A DNA stretch of 64,000 nucleotides, from assembly GCA_030153785.1 (NCBI GenBank), contig JASKLF010000005.1, positions 64,001-128,000 of the forward strand, read 5' to 3'. A program made the translations under genes and the position numbers. Positions 43,618 through 54,005 of the stretch are shown here, one piece after another (the first letter of the stretch is position 1; the number at the start of each line of letters is the position of its first letter). The notes beneath the pieces are model-generated. The model did not search any database. It was not told the DNA's origin and was given only the letters and a program-made list of their open reading frames with translations. The DNA is from a bacterium (GTDB taxonomy: Bacteria; Synergistota; GBS-1).

Positions 43618-44858
43618 GAGTAGATGTAGTTACGCTTTTCCCTGAGATGTTTGATAGCTTTATAAGCTGTAGCATAATAAAGCGGGCTATAAATAAGGGG
43701 CTATTGGAAGTCCATTTTCACAATCCGAGAGATTTCGCTACAGACAAGCATAAAACCGTAGATGATTATCCCTATGGTGGCGGTGGTGGCATGCTTCTTA
43801 AGGTCGAGCCCTTCTGGCGGGCTATAAAAAATGTGCCGGGGAGTCCCTATCGTATTCTTCTCTCCCCACAGGGACGCGTTTTTAACCAGGATTTGGCGAA
43901 GGAGCTCTCTTCAAGAGACCATCTCCTTCTGGTTTGTGGGCACTATGAAGGAATAGATGAGAGGATTATGGAGCTTATAGATGAGGAGATATCCGTGGGG
44001 GATTATGTTTTGACGGGTGGAGAGCTACCAGCGATGATTATAATCGATGCGGTTACAAGGCTTATTCCTGGGGTTTTAGGGTGCGAAGATTCTCCCAAGC
44101 GGGATTCTTTTTACGATGGAATTCTGGATTTTCCTCACTATACGAAACCTCGAGAGTTTGAGGGGCTAAGCGTTCCAGAAGTCCTCCTTTCTGGAGACCA
44201 TGGTGAAGTTGAGAGGTGGAGGAAGCGGGAAGCTTTAAATAGGACTTACAAGAGGAGGCCAGAGCTAATAGAAAAGGTGTCCTTGCGTAAGTATATGGAT
44301 AAGGGGGCCTATGTAGGACTCGTTCACTATCCCGTTTATAATCATCATCGGGAGATTATAACTACCACTGTGGCGAACTTGGATATCCATGATATTTCAA
44401 GGTGCTGTAGAACTTACGGAGTTAAGGCCTTCTATATAATAACACCTATCCAGGCGCAAAGAGAGAATGTAAAGAGAATAGTTGAACATTGGACTAAGGG
44501 AGTGGGGTCGATGCTTAACCCTGATAGAAAGGAAGCTTTGGAAAGGGTGAAAGTTTCTCCCTCTATAGAGGAAACCGTAAGAAGAATCGAGGAAAGGGAA
44601 AAGGTTGAACCCATTGTGGTTGCAACGAGCGCACGCCCATCTTCGAGGATGATATCATTTAGAGAGCTTAAATGGAAAGTTTTGCTTGAAGATAGGCCAC
44701 TTTTTATCCTATTTGGAACGGGATGGGGGTTAGCAGAGGAGGTAAAAAGCTGGGCTGATTATCAGCTCGAGCCTATAGAGTGGAAGGGAGATTACAATCA
44801 TCTTTCTGTGAGGGGAGCTGTAGCCATAATCTTAGATAGACTTTTTAGGAGTGTGTAG
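43614..44858 (+). CDS. trmD: tRNA (m1G37) methyltransferase TrmD fused to a second SPOUT domain (Tm1570/DUF2168-like)
   Basis: [35 protein letters not shown]; then [33 protein letters not shown]. Confidence 0.93.
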   Translation: MRVDVVTLFPEMFDSFISCSIIKRAINKGLLEVHFHNPRDFATDKHKTVDDYPYGGGGGMLLKVEPFWRAIKNVPGSPYRILLSPQGRVFNQDLAKELSSRDHLLLVCGHYEGIDERIMELIDEEISVGDYVLTGGELPAMIIIDAVTRLIPGVLGCEDSPKRDSFYDGILDFPHYTKPREFEGLSVPEVLLSGDHGEVERWRKREALNRTYKRRPELIEKVSLRKYMDKGAYVGLVHYPVYNHHREIITTTVANLDIHDISRCCRTYGVKAFYIITPIQAQRENVKRIVEHWTKGVGSMLNPDRKEALERVKVSPSIEETVRRIEEREKVEPIVVATSARPSSRMISFRELKWKVLLEDRPLFILFGTGWGLAEEVKSWADYQLEPIEWKGDYNHLSVRGAVAIILDRLFRSV

Positions 44859-44871
44859 GGAGGTGTTAGTT

Positions 44872-45219
44872 ATGGATCCTATTATAAGAGAGATAGAGAG
44901 GGAGTATATGAGGAAAGATATCCCCGATTTTAGACCTGGTGACACCGTTAGGGTTCATCTTAAGGTTGAAGAGGGAGGAAAGGAAAGGGTTCAGGTTTTC
45001 GAAGGGGTAGTTATAGCTCGCTGTGGTGGTGGCTTGAGAGAGACGTTTACCGTTAGAAAGGTTTCTGGAGGAGTGGGCGTAGAGCGAATCTTTCCATTGC
45101 ATTCTCCTTCGATAGAGAAAATAGAGGTAGTGAGGAGAGGGGTAGCGAGAAGGGCCAAGCTTTATTACTTGAGGGAGAGGGTAGGAAAATCGGCACGCCT
45201 TAGGGAAAGAAGAGTCTAA
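44872..45219 (+). CDS. rplS: 50S ribosomal protein L19
   Basis: [46 protein letters not shown]. Confidence 0.97.
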   Translation: MDPIIREIEREYMRKDIPDFRPGDTVRVHLKVEEGGKERVQVFEGVVIARCGGGLRETFTVRKVSGGVGVERIFPLHSPSIEKIEVVRRGVARRAKLYYLRERVGKSARLRERRV

Positions 45220-45234
45220 ATAAAGGGGTCTTAA

Positions 45235-45756
45235 ATGAAGGAGCTGAAGAAAAAATCGGCCTGGCGTGAGATTATAGAGACGATTCTGGTAGCGGTCGTT
45301 CTGGCATTGTTGATAAGGACCTTTGTGGTAGAGGCATTCTATATACCATCTTCCTCTATGGTTCCTACTTTAGAACCGGGCGACAGAATTCTTGTCTTGA
45401 AGTTTTACTATTACTTTACCGATCCTAAAAGGGGAGATATAGTGGTTTTCAGGTTTCCATTGGACCCATCTAAAGACCTTATAAAAAGAATAGTTGCCGT
45501 TGGTGGGGATGTGGTGAAGATAAGTAATGGACACCTATACGTGAATGGCAAAGAGGTCAATGAGCCCTATGTGGTTAACAGAGACTTTTACAATATGCCT
45601 TCCGTGACGGTTCCAAAGGGGTTTTTCTTTGTTTTGGGAGATAATAGGCCCAACAGTGAAGATAGCAGGTATTGGGGGTTTCTTCCAAGGGAGAATATAA
45701 AGGGTAAAGCCGTGGTTAGATACTGGCCTCCCTCAAGGATAGGATTGATAAGATGA
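45235..45756 (+). CDS. lepB: Signal peptidase I
   Basis: IPSSSMVPTL, IKRIV, LGDNRPNSEDSRYWG. Confidence 0.95.
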   Translation: MKELKKKSAWREIIETILVAVVLALLIRTFVVEAFYIPSSSMVPTLEPGDRILVLKFYYYFTDPKRGDIVVFRFPLDPSKDLIKRIVAVGGDVVKISNGHLYVNGKEVNEPYVVNRDFYNMPSVTVPKGFFFVLGDNRPNSEDSRYWGFLPRENIKGKAVVRYWPPSRIGLIR

Positions 45757-46493
45757 GGAGGAGCTGGTATCCAGGCCATATAGCCAAGGGTAGAGAGCTT
45801 ATAAAGGAGGCTTCTAAGTATGCCAACCTTGTGTTGATGGTCTTGGATGCGCGGGCTCCTCTCTCTACAATTCCACCTTGGGAGCCTCCAGAAGGCAAGG
45901 AGGTATGGAAGGTTTTAACCAAGATAGACCTTGCTGATGAGGAAGCCACGAGGGAGTGGTTAAGTTATTTTGGCGAAAACGCTATAGGGGTGAATTCGAA
46001 AACGGGTGAGGGTTTTAATAAGCTTTTCAGAAAATTGGCTTCTTTTCCAAGGGCAAAGGTTTTGGTGGTAGGTATACCAAATGTGGGTAAGTCTTCCTTG
46101 ATAAATAGGCTATTGGGAAGGAAGAAGTCTAAGGTAGGTCCTCTTCCAGGGGTTACACGCGGAGGAGTATGGTTTAGGGCAGATTGGGGGTTGCTCTTTG
46201 ATACTCCCGGCATACTTGAGCCAAAGTTAACGGAGGAAGGAAAGCTTATCCTTTCGTGGCTTGGCTGTTTGAAAGAAGATGTCTTGTGGAGTAGTTTAAT
46301 TTCCCTTGCGGAAAAGCTTATAGAAAGGCTCTCCCTTCCGTTTTCCCTTGAGGATGTGGCTAAAAGGAGAGGGTTCTTAAAGAAGGGAGGGGAGCTTGAT
46401 CTTGAGAAAGCCGCTTCAAGCTTACTTAGAGATTTTAGAGAAGGAAGGCTTGGAAGATGGACGCTTGAGTTCCCTCCTTGTAGCGGGAGTTGA
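45753..46493 (+). CDS. rbgA: Ribosome biogenesis GTPase RbgA/YlqF
   Basis: WYPGH, DARAP, TKIDL, G.PNVGKSSLIN, PGVTRG, DTPGIL. Confidence 0.9.
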   Translation: MRRSWYPGHIAKGRELIKEASKYANLVLMVLDARAPLSTIPPWEPPEGKEVWKVLTKIDLADEEATREWLSYFGENAIGVNSKTGEGFNKLFRKLASFPRAKVLVVGIPNVGKSSLINRLLGRKKSKVGPLPGVTRGGVWFRADWGLLFDTPGILEPKLTEEGKLILSWLGCLKEDVLWSSLISLAEKLIERLSLPFSLEDVAKRRGFLKKGGELDLEKAASSLLRDFREGRLGRWTLEFPPCSGS

Positions 46494-47025
46494 TGAAGCG
46501 GGAAGGGGACCTTTGGCAGGTCCAGTAGTTGCGGCTGCTGTTATACTCCCTCCTGAGTATTTTGATGAGAATATTAGAGATTGTAAGAAGCTTTCCCCCT
46601 GTAGGAGGGAGGAGCTTTTCCTTCTGCTGAGGGAGAAGGCATTGTGCTGGTCCGTAGGTATCGTTTCTTCCCAAGAAATTGATAAGATGAATATTCTTTC
46701 AGCCTCTCTTGAGGCGATGAGAAGAGCGATTCTAAAGCTCAGACTGAAGCCCGATGTGATTCTCGTTGACGGTATCCACAAGATTCCCTTCATAGACATT
46801 CCTCAGAAGGTGATACCTAAGGGGGATGAGGTCTGTTTTGCTATATCTGCGGCCTCTATTATTGCCAAGGTGATCAGGGATAGAATAATGTGCGCTATGG
46901 ACAAGCTTTATCCGGAGTATGGCTTTTCCAAGCATAAAGGTTATCCTACGAGGGAGCACAAGCTTGCCCTTTTACGTTACGGTCCTTCGCCCATCCACAG
47001 GAGGAGCTTTAAGGGAGTGTCTTAA
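46396..47025 (+). CDS. rnhB: Ribonuclease HII (true start probably somewhat downstream)
   Basis: GVDEAGRGPLAGPVVAAAV, ISAASIIAKV.RD, HKGYPT..H, HRRSF. Confidence 0.94.
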   Translation: MILRKPLQAYLEILEKEGLEDGRLSSLLVAGVDEAGRGPLAGPVVAAAVILPPEYFDENIRDCKKLSPCRREELFLLLREKALCWSVGIVSSQEIDKMNILSASLEAMRRAILKLRLKPDVILVDGIHKIPFIDIPQKVIPKGDEVCFAISAASIIAKVIRDRIMCAMDKLYPEYGFSKHKGYPTREHKLALLRYGPSPIHRRSFKGVS

Positions 47026-47027
47026 GG

Positions 47028-48107
47028 TTGAGTTATATAAGACTCAGTGGTTCAAGTGATGTTTTAAACAGGCTTGCTCCTCTTAAGGGTAGAGTTATAG
47101 AGGGTAGGGTTGTGGGAAGGGCAGGAGATCTCTCCTTGCTTGAGATAGGAGATCTTATCTTTACCGCTGAGAGCAAAGTTCCGCTAAAGGTGGGAGCTAA
47201 GGTTTCGTTGTGGATCAAGGGGATTCTTGGTGATAAGCTTCATCTTCAGCTTCTTTCCGAGGAAGAAGTGGATGAAGGTTTTCTCAGGCTAAATCTGAAG
47301 GATACGCCCGAAAACCGTCTTGCTTACAGGTTTTTAAAGGGATTGGGATTGAACTTTGGCAGGGAAGAGGTAGAGCTTTTAGGAGAGCTTATTTTAAGGA
47401 GTAAAGACCTTTCCTTCTTGCTCGAAAGCTTGAGAGCTCTTCACTTAAGGCTTGGATTATCAAATGCTTTCCTTAAGCTCCTGCTTCAGCTTGGAGACAC
47501 CTTCTTTTTGAAGGAGCTCATTTTAAAGCTTCTTCTTTATGGAGATGAGGAAGTAAGAGGAGCTCTTAAAAGGATAATTCCAAAAGGTGATAGCATATCG
47601 GCGGAGTCTATAAGAACCTTTCTTTTAGAAAGCGGAATTGTGAGATTTGGAAAGCTGGCTAACCTTTTGCTTGAGGGGAAAGATGTTAACGGGGCAAAGC
47701 TTTTAGCTTGGCTTCTTCTTCCAAGGCTTTTAAGTCTTTCTCCTAAAGAAGAGGAGTGGCTGGTATATCTGTGGTTTCCTGTTTTATGGGAAGAAAACGA
47801 TATCCTTATTTCCACCTTGAAGAAGCACAAGGGTAGTAGGGGGAAGGAGGAAGATGAGGAAAGATATGAACTTCTTCTTGAGCTTAAAAGCCTTGGAAAG
47901 ATAAGGGTTTTATTTTATATCTTTAAAGAGAGGCTTTGGATAACTTTCGAGGCTGAGGACGAAAAGACGCTCGCAATGATAAAAAGATACCTCCATGAGC
48001 TTTCTTCTTCTTTGGAGGGCCAGGGATATAGGATAGGAGGGATTTTTTCACGGTCAATGGTTATCGATAGACCCTTCGAGGGGGAGGCCGTAGATATAAA
48101 GATATGA
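47028..48107 (+). CDS. FliK-like protein (hook-length control C-terminal domain)
   Basis: C-terminal LELKSLGKIRV...L.ITFEA....L...L.EL...L...GY, ending VDIKI; next to a FlhB-C-like gene. Confidence 0.6.
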   Translation: MSYIRLSGSSDVLNRLAPLKGRVIEGRVVGRAGDLSLLEIGDLIFTAESKVPLKVGAKVSLWIKGILGDKLHLQLLSEEEVDEGFLRLNLKDTPENRLAYRFLKGLGLNFGREEVELLGELILRSKDLSFLLESLRALHLRLGLSNAFLKLLLQLGDTFFLKELILKLLLYGDEEVRGALKRIIPKGDSISAESIRTFLLESGIVRFGKLANLLLEGKDVNGAKLLAWLLLPRLLSLSPKEEEWLVYLWFPVLWEENDILISTLKKHKGSRGKEEDEERYELLLELKSLGKIRVLFYIFKERLWITFEAEDEKTLAMIKRYLHELSSSLEGQGYRIGGIFSRSMVIDRPFEGEAVDIKI

Positions 48108-48379
48108 GGGAAGAGGAAAAGAGGAGAAAGGCTGCTGCCTTAAAGTATAATGAAGAGGAGGATAGAGCTCCAAAGGTTGTCGCCTCGGGCAGAGGCAGGA
48201 TAGCCGAAAAGATAGTGGAAATAGCTAAGGAATATAATATACCTATATACGAAGACCCAGACCTTGTTGAGCTTTTGTTAAAAGTGGATATAGGAGAGGA
48301 AATCCCTCCCGAGCTTTATAAGGCAGTGGCTGAGGTTTTAGCCTTTATATATAAGTTGAGGGAGGTAGCTAAGGGTTGA
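48104..48379 (+). CDS. Stand-alone FlhB cytoplasmic-domain protein (YlqH/EscU family)
   Basis: AAALKY....RAPKVVASG.G.IAEKI..IA....IPI.ED, EIPPELY.AVAEVLAF. Confidence 0.9.
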   Translation: MREEEKRRKAAALKYNEEEDRAPKVVASGRGRIAEKIVEIAKEYNIPIYEDPDLVELLLKVDIGEEIPPELYKAVAEVLAFIYKLREVAKG

Positions 48380-49473
48380 GATGTTTGCCTGTTACAAAGC
48401 TTGAGGAAGGAATGGTTGTAGGGAAAACGATTTACACATCTGACGGTAGGCCTCTTTTACGAAGAGGAATAGTTCTTGAAAAGAGGCATATAGATAGGCT
48501 TAAGAGATTAGGGGTTCCAGTAATTTATATCGAAGAGGAGCCGTTAAGGGGAATAGATGCTGAAGACATCATAATGGACAAGGTCAGGATGAATGCCGTT
48601 CAGGAAGCCCGTAGGTTGATGCTGAAAATTAGAAGGGAACTGAGGTTTTATAATAAAAAGATTTTCGATATAGATTTGAGCGAGGATATAGAAAGAGTCA
48701 GAAAAGTCGTAGACTCTCTTATGAAGGAAGTTTTCAGGACGAGAGAGGCTCTTTATAGCTTCATTGATGTGAGAGGCATAGAGGACTTTATATACGGACA
48801 CATGGTTAATGTAACGGTTTTGGGCATGATGACCGGTTTGTCTTTAGGATATAAAGCGGATAAACTTTTCCTATTGGGGGTGGGTCTTTTCCTTCATGAT
48901 ATAGGTAAGGCTCTCTTAGATGATACTGTTTTGGCTTATCAGAAGGTATTTGAAGAGGAGAAAAACCCCCTTATAATAGAGCACACAATTACGGGTTATC
49001 AGATAGTTAAAAGTATCCCTGATGTTTCGCTACTTTCAGCTCATGTGGCTTATCAGCATCACGAAAGGGTTGATGGCAGTGGCTATCCCCGAGGCCTTTC
49101 TGGTTCGGATATTCATGACTTTGCTAAGATAGCGAGTGTGGTTAATGTTTACGATATCTTGGTCTCTGGGGCTCCCTTTCATCCAAGGGTGAAGCCCAAC
49201 GAGGCTGTTGAGATAGTGAAGAGGAATGTGGGAAGCATGTTTGATAAAGAGGTGGTCGAAGCGTTTTTGAAGAACGTTGCCCTATATCCCGTTGGGAGCA
49301 TGGTTAGGCTTTCTACAGGGGAGATAGCCGTCGTTTCTCAAACCAGAAAAGGGTTCCCCGATGCCCCTGTGGTTAGGATAATCAGGGATAAGGATGGTAG
49401 GTCTCTTGAACTTCCCGTTGAGATAGACCTTTCGGTTAATAGGGATATAAGGGTGGAGGAAATTATAGAGTGA
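48376..49473 (+). CDS. HD-GYP domain protein
   Basis: L.EGMVVGK.IY..DG..LL, LHDIGK, QHHERVDGSGYP.GL, YPVGS.VRLS.GE. Confidence 0.88.
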   Translation: MRCLPVTKLEEGMVVGKTIYTSDGRPLLRRGIVLEKRHIDRLKRLGVPVIYIEEEPLRGIDAEDIIMDKVRMNAVQEARRLMLKIRRELRFYNKKIFDIDLSEDIERVRKVVDSLMKEVFRTREALYSFIDVRGIEDFIYGHMVNVTVLGMMTGLSLGYKADKLFLLGVGLFLHDIGKALLDDTVLAYQKVFEEEKNPLIIEHTITGYQIVKSIPDVSLLSAHVAYQHHERVDGSGYPRGLSGSDIHDFAKIASVVNVYDILVSGAPFHPRVKPNEAVEIVKRNVGSMFDKEVVEAFLKNVALYPVGSMVRLSTGEIAVVSQTRKGFPDAPVVRIIRDKDGRSLELPVEIDLSVNRDIRVEEIIE

Positions 49474-49814
49474 GAGCCTTGGGAAGGGATGGAGAGGAAA
49501 GGGCGGTTCAATATCTTAAGAAAAGGGGATATCAGATTTTAGAGAGAAATTATTTTACCCGATACGGTGAAATCGATATAGTTGCGAAGAAAAAAGGAGT
49601 TATCGTTTTCGTCGAGGTGAAAAGTAATCGATCTTGGAATGCAGAGTATAGCTTTACCCCTTATAAGGCCAAGAGAGTTTATAAGGCTGCAATGATTTAC
49701 CTCTCTTCCAAGAATCTGTGTGAATCCCCATATAGATTTGACCTGATTGCAATAAATGGTGAAGATATCGTTCATTATGAGAACATTTTGGAGGAAGGTG
49801 GGGTTATTGGTTAG
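49470..49814 (+). CDS. yraN: YraN-family putative endonuclease
   Basis: LG..GE..A..YL...GY.ILERN....GEIDIVA....VFVEVK, RFDLIAI. Confidence 0.9.
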   Translation: MRALGRDGEERAVQYLKKRGYQILERNYFTRYGEIDIVAKKKGVIVFVEVKSNRSWNAEYSFTPYKAKRVYKAAMIYLSSKNLCESPYRFDLIAINGEDIVHYENILEEGGVIG

Positions 49815-51339
49815 CTTTTGTTGGACGGTGGCCTTTGAAGGTCTCGAACCTGTTCCTGTGAGGGTTGAAGTGGATATATCTAAGGGGTTGCCTTCTTTTA
49901 ACCTTGTGGGATTACCCGACACGGTAGTTAAGGAATCTAAGGAGAGGGTAAGATCGGCACTAAAAAACAACGGTTTTACCTTCCCCTCAAATAGGGTGGT
50001 AGTTAACCTTGTACCGGCAGACCTTAAGAAGGAAGGAAGTCATTTCGACTTTCCGATAGCCTTGGCCTTGCTTTCCGCTTTGGGGGAGCTTCCGAATCTT
50101 TCCGATTGGCTAATATTTGGAGAGCTCTCTCTTAATGGGGAGCTCGAGCGAACCAAAGGAGCGATTTTAGCGGCCTCTTTGGCAAAGGATAGGGGCTTAA
50201 GGTTCCTTTTCCCTTCGAAAAACCTTCTTGAAGTTTCCCCCGTTGCGAGCGGTTTATCCGCCTACGCTGTTGGTAATCTCTCTCAGGCCTTTGCTTTTCT
50301 TAAGGGGATGTTAAATCTTGAAACCGTGAAGCCTTCATTCCTTGAGCCGTTACCCTTTGAATCGGAGTTTGATATGTCCGATGTGAAGGGGCAGGCCTTT
50401 GCTAAAAGAGCTTTGGAGATAGGAGCATCGGGCTGGCATAATATTATAATGATAGGGCCTCCCGGCAGCGGGAAGACGATGCTTTCTAAAATTTTGGCCT
50501 CCCTTCTTCCTCCCATGTCTGAGGAGGAAGTGGTTGAGGTCTCAAAGATATACAGCCTATCTGGCCATCTCGGTGATGGCTTGATACTTCAAAGGCCCTT
50601 TAGGTCTCCACATCATACCATAAGCGAGGTTGGTCTGTGTGGTGGGGGTGGAAGTCCACGCCCTGGAGAAATAACCTTGGCTCACAGAGGGGTTTTGTTT
50701 TTGGATGAGCTCCCCGAGTTTTCAAGAAGGTCCTTGGAGATATTGAGACAGCCCTTGGAAGAGGGAAGGGTAAGCTTGTCAAGGGCAGGATACTCAGTTA
50801 ATTTACCCGCTCGCTTTCTTTTAATCTGTGCAATGAACCCATGTCCTTGTGGCTTTCTGGGAGACCCTGAAAGGGAGTGCAAATGCACTCCGATGGCAAT
50901 TAGAAGGTATTTTTCTAAGCTTTCTGGTCCCTTGATAGATAGGATAGATTTACATGTTGAGGTGCCGAGGCTGAAGCCTAACGAGCTTGTATCCGATGCT
51001 TCTTCTTCCAAGTTAGAGACAAATGAGGATGTAAGAAGGAGGGTTTCTAAGGCGTGGGAGATACAGAAACAAAGATTTTCCTCTCCCTTTAAATTTAACT
51101 CAATGATGACCCCTCAGGAGATAAAGAAGTTTTGCTTTTTGGGTAAGGAAGAAAGAGGTTTTTTGAGAAAGGCTATAAGTGACCTGGGTTTAACGGCAAG
51201 GGCCTATTCAAAGGTTTTGAAAGTTGCGCGAACGATAGCTGATTTACAAGACAGCTCTGAAATTAAAGTTGAGCATCTTGCCGAGGCTTTGTCCTTTAGA
51301 CTCTTGGATAGAGAGGAGACGCCATGGACGACCGTTTAG
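49807..51339 (+). CDS. comM: YifB/ComM Mg-chelatase-like AAA+ ATPase
   Basis: VGLPD..VKES.ERV, GELSL.G, GPPGSGKTM, PFRSPHH, LAHRGVLFLDE.PEF, MNPCPCG. Confidence 0.92.
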   Translation: MVSFCWTVAFEGLEPVPVRVEVDISKGLPSFNLVGLPDTVVKESKERVRSALKNNGFTFPSNRVVVNLVPADLKKEGSHFDFPIALALLSALGELPNLSDWLIFGELSLNGELERTKGAILAASLAKDRGLRFLFPSKNLLEVSPVASGLSAYAVGNLSQAFAFLKGMLNLETVKPSFLEPLPFESEFDMSDVKGQAFAKRALEIGASGWHNIIMIGPPGSGKTMLSKILASLLPPMSEEEVVEVSKIYSLSGHLGDGLILQRPFRSPHHTISEVGLCGGGGSPRPGEITLAHRGVLFLDELPEFSRRSLEILRQPLEEGRVSLSRAGYSVNLPARFLLICAMNPCPCGFLGDPERECKCTPMAIRRYFSKLSGPLIDRIDLHVEVPRLKPNELVSDASSSKLETNEDVRRRVSKAWEIQKQRFSSPFKFNSMMTPQEIKKFCFLGKEERGFLRKAISDLGLTARAYSKVLKVARTIADLQDSSEIKVEHLAEALSFRLLDREETPWTTV

Positions 51340-52400
51340 CCCTGTTGGGTCTTAATATGGTAGATGGCTTGGGTCCCGCTAAGCTCTCTTCGTTAATTTC
51401 CTTTTTTGGTTCACCCTTACTTGCTTGGGAAGCCTCCATGAAAGAACTACTTCAGGTTCCTGGCATAGGGGAGAAGACGGCAGGGGCTCTGAGGGAGATT
51501 AAAAGGAAAGGCCTTCTTGATAGAGAAGTGGAGCTTATGGATAGGGAAGGGATAACTTTTTTAACCCTCCTTGATGAAGGCTATCCTTCCCTTCTTAGGG
51601 AGATAAGGTGGCCACCTTTTGTGCTTTATTTAAAGGGATTTTTGAAGGAAGGTATAAAAAACATCGCCATAGTTGGAACGAGAAGGCCTTCCCTTTACGG
51701 TAGGAAGGTTGCAAGGGAGCTTGGTAGAGATTTTGCCCTTTCGGGCCTTTGTGTAGTAAGCGGCCTTGCTCGGGGAATAGATTCGGAGGCTCATAGAGGA
51801 GCTTTAGAAGGAAACGGCATAACTTATGCTGTTTTGGGTTCGGGACTTCTTAGGTTGTATCCACCCGAGTTTAAGGGATTGGCTGAAGAGATAGCCTCTA
51901 ACGGAGCCTTATTAAGCGAGTATTCCCTTCTTACCCCTCCTATGGCACAGAATTTTCCTCGTAGAAATAGAATTATAAGTGGCCTGTCAGATGGTGTTAT
52001 CGTTGTTGAGGCTCCTTTAAAGAGTGGTGCTATGATAACGGCTTCTTATGCTTTAGATCAGGGTAGAGATGTTTTCGCTGTTCCTGGAAATATATATTCA
52101 CCGAAAAGTGTGGGCCCGAATATACTTATTCAACAGGGAGCAAAGCCCGTTTTAAAATCGAGCGATGTTCTTGAGGAATACGGGATTGAAGTGAGCTTTA
52201 TTGAAGGAGATTCTAAAAATTCGGATATTTCTGAGGAAGAGAAAAGAATTCTCGATAAATTGCCTATTGGAGAGGCTTTTTTCATCGATAATTTATTTTT
52301 TGATGATGTCAATTGCGAGAAATTTGCTATAATAACTATGCTTGAGATAAAAGGATACTTAAAGAGAATCGAGGGGAACAAGATTGTTCGGCAAAGGTAA
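51324..52400 (+). CDS. dprA: DNA-processing protein DprA
   Basis: AIVGTR.PS.YG, VSGLARGID..AH, FPRRNRIISGLS, KSGAMITA, FAVPG. Confidence 0.95.
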   Translation: MDDRLALLGLNMVDGLGPAKLSSLISFFGSPLLAWEASMKELLQVPGIGEKTAGALREIKRKGLLDREVELMDREGITFLTLLDEGYPSLLREIRWPPFVLYLKGFLKEGIKNIAIVGTRRPSLYGRKVARELGRDFALSGLCVVSGLARGIDSEAHRGALEGNGITYAVLGSGLLRLYPPEFKGLAEEIASNGALLSEYSLLTPPMAQNFPRRNRIISGLSDGVIVVEAPLKSGAMITASYALDQGRDVFAVPGNIYSPKSVGPNILIQQGAKPVLKSSDVLEEYGIEVSFIEGDSKNSDISEEEKRILDKLPIGEAFFIDNLFFDDVNCEKFAIITMLEIKGYLKRIEGNKIVRQR

Positions 52401-52437
52401 GGATGCTAAAGGTTTTTCCTTTGAGGAGGGAAGGGAG

Positions 52438-52707
52438 ATGGAAGAGAAGCTTGTTAGGGTTCTTCATGCAAGAGAGAAGCTGAGGCTTACCCCCGCTGCT
52501 GAGGGGATTATTTATAAAGCTGTCCAGATGGGATTACTTAGCGAGAAGGATAGGGAAACGCTTTTAGAGCAGATAATGTTTCTTTCCCCCAGCAAGTTTG
52601 AGGAGATAGATGTGGAGGAGCTTAGATTTATAATGGAGGACTTCATAGAGGATGAAGATATGCTAACCGTCCTTTTCGAGGAGGGGCAGGGAAGGATATT
52701 AAATTGA
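52438..52707 (+). CDS. Small hypothetical protein, possibly DUF494/Smg-like
   Basis: RVL...EK.RLT..A.G.I......G.L....RE..LEQ; position after dprA. Confidence 0.55.
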   Translation: MEEKLVRVLHAREKLRLTPAAEGIIYKAVQMGLLSEKDRETLLEQIMFLSPSKFEEIDVEELRFIMEDFIEDEDMLTVLFEEGQGRILN

Positions 52708-53999
52708 AAGAGGTTTATATCATAGGTGGGGGTCTTGCTGGTAGTGAAGCGGCATGGCAGCTTGCTAAAAGAGGAATAAAGGTTATCCTTTTTGAGATGA
52801 GGCCTAATGTGATGACGCCTGCTCATAAAACGGGCTATCTTGCTGAGCTCGTCTGTAGTAACTCTCTTGGAGCAGAAGGGCTTGATACCGCTTCCGGGCT
52901 TCTTAAGGAGGAGATGAAGCTATTAGGATCTATGATATTGGAGTGCGCTTATGCTTCAAGGGTTCCTGCAGGTAAGGCTTTGGCTGTTGATAGGGAAAAA
53001 TTTGCAAAGCTTGTGAGTCAGAGGATAACATCTCATCCACTGATAGAGGTCGTGAGAGAAGAGGTAAAGGAAATTCCGGGTGATGGAGAAGTTATTGTCG
53101 CTACAGGACCATTGACTTCTCAGTCCCTTGCTCAGAAGTTGAGGGAACTTTTAGGGTCTGATTATCTATACTTTTACGATGCCGTATCCCCCATAGTTAC
53201 TTACGACTCCCTTAATATGGATAAGATCTTTAAAGGATCAAGGTATGGCATAGGTGAGGATTATTTAAACTGTCCCATGACCAAAGATGAGTATGAGGCC
53301 TTTTGGGAAGAGTTAATTAAGGCAGAGCGGTATCCTCTTCACCCCTTCGAAGACCCAAAATACTTCGAGGGGTGTTTGCCTATAGAAGTCATAGCCTCAA
53401 GAGGAAAGGAAACCCTTCTTTACGGTCCTCTTAAACCCGTTGGTTTAATTGACCCCAAAACCGGTAAGATGCCTTATGCTGTGGTTCAGCTAAGAAAGGA
53501 AAACGTGGAGGGAACGCTTTATAATCTGGTAGGTTTTCAAACGAACCTTAAGTGGAGCGAGCAAAAAAGGGTCTTTCGAATGATTCCCGGCCTTGAAAAT
53601 GCGGAGTTCGTCAGATACGGAGTCATGCACAGAAACATATTTATAAACTCTCCTACCCTTTTAGATAGATCTCTCCGATTTAAGAAGGATAGAAGGATAC
53701 TTTTTGCCGGTCAGATTGTGGGCGTTGAAGGTTACATGGAATCCACCGCCATGGGTTTAGTGGCAGCTTTAAGTATCTTGTGTGACGGAGAAATTGATAT
53801 ACCTGAATATACCATGATAGGTTCCCTTTTAAAGTATATTACAACGGCTTCTCCTTCACACTTTCAACCCATGAATGCCAACTTTGGTATACTTCCCCCC
53901 CTTGACGTTAAGGAGCGAGATAAGAAGCGGAGAAAAATAAAGCTTTCTAACAGGGCTATAAATGCCTTGACAAATTGGCTTAAATGTGTAAAATATTAG
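52704..53999 (+). CDS. trmFO: tRNA (m5U54) methyltransferase TrmFO
   Basis: IGGGLAGSEAAWQ, AELVCSNS, FYDAVSP, FEGCLPIE, NLVGFQT.L, RYGVMHRN, FQPMNANFG. Confidence 0.96.
   Translation: MKEVYIIGGGLAGSEAAWQLAKRGIKVILFEMRPNVMTPAHKTGYLAELVCSNSLGAEGLDTASGLLKEEMKLLGSMILECAYASRVPAGKALAVDREKFAKLVSQRITSHPLIEVVREEVKEIPGDGEVIVATGPLTSQSLAQKLRELLGSDYLYFYDAVSPIVTYDSLNMDKIFKGSRYGIGEDYLNCPMTKDEYEAFWEELIKAERYPLHPFEDPKYFEGCLPIEVIASRGKETLLYGPLKPVGLIDPKTGKMPYAVVQLRKENVEGTLYNLVGFQTNLKWSEQKRVFRMIPGLENAEFVRYGVMHRNIFINSPTLLDRSLRFKKDRRILFAGQIVGVEGYMESTAMGLVAALSILCDGEIDIPEYTMIGSLLKYITTASPSHFQPMNANFGILPPLDVKERDKKRRKIKLSNRAINALTNWLKCVKY
53967..53994 (+). promoter_or_regulatory. Putative internal promoter for xerC-hslVU-codY, within the trmFO 3' end
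   Basis: TTGACA-N16-TAAAAT, 11 nt before the xerC ATG. Confidence 0.55.
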
Positions 54000-54005
54000 C
54001 TTAAA

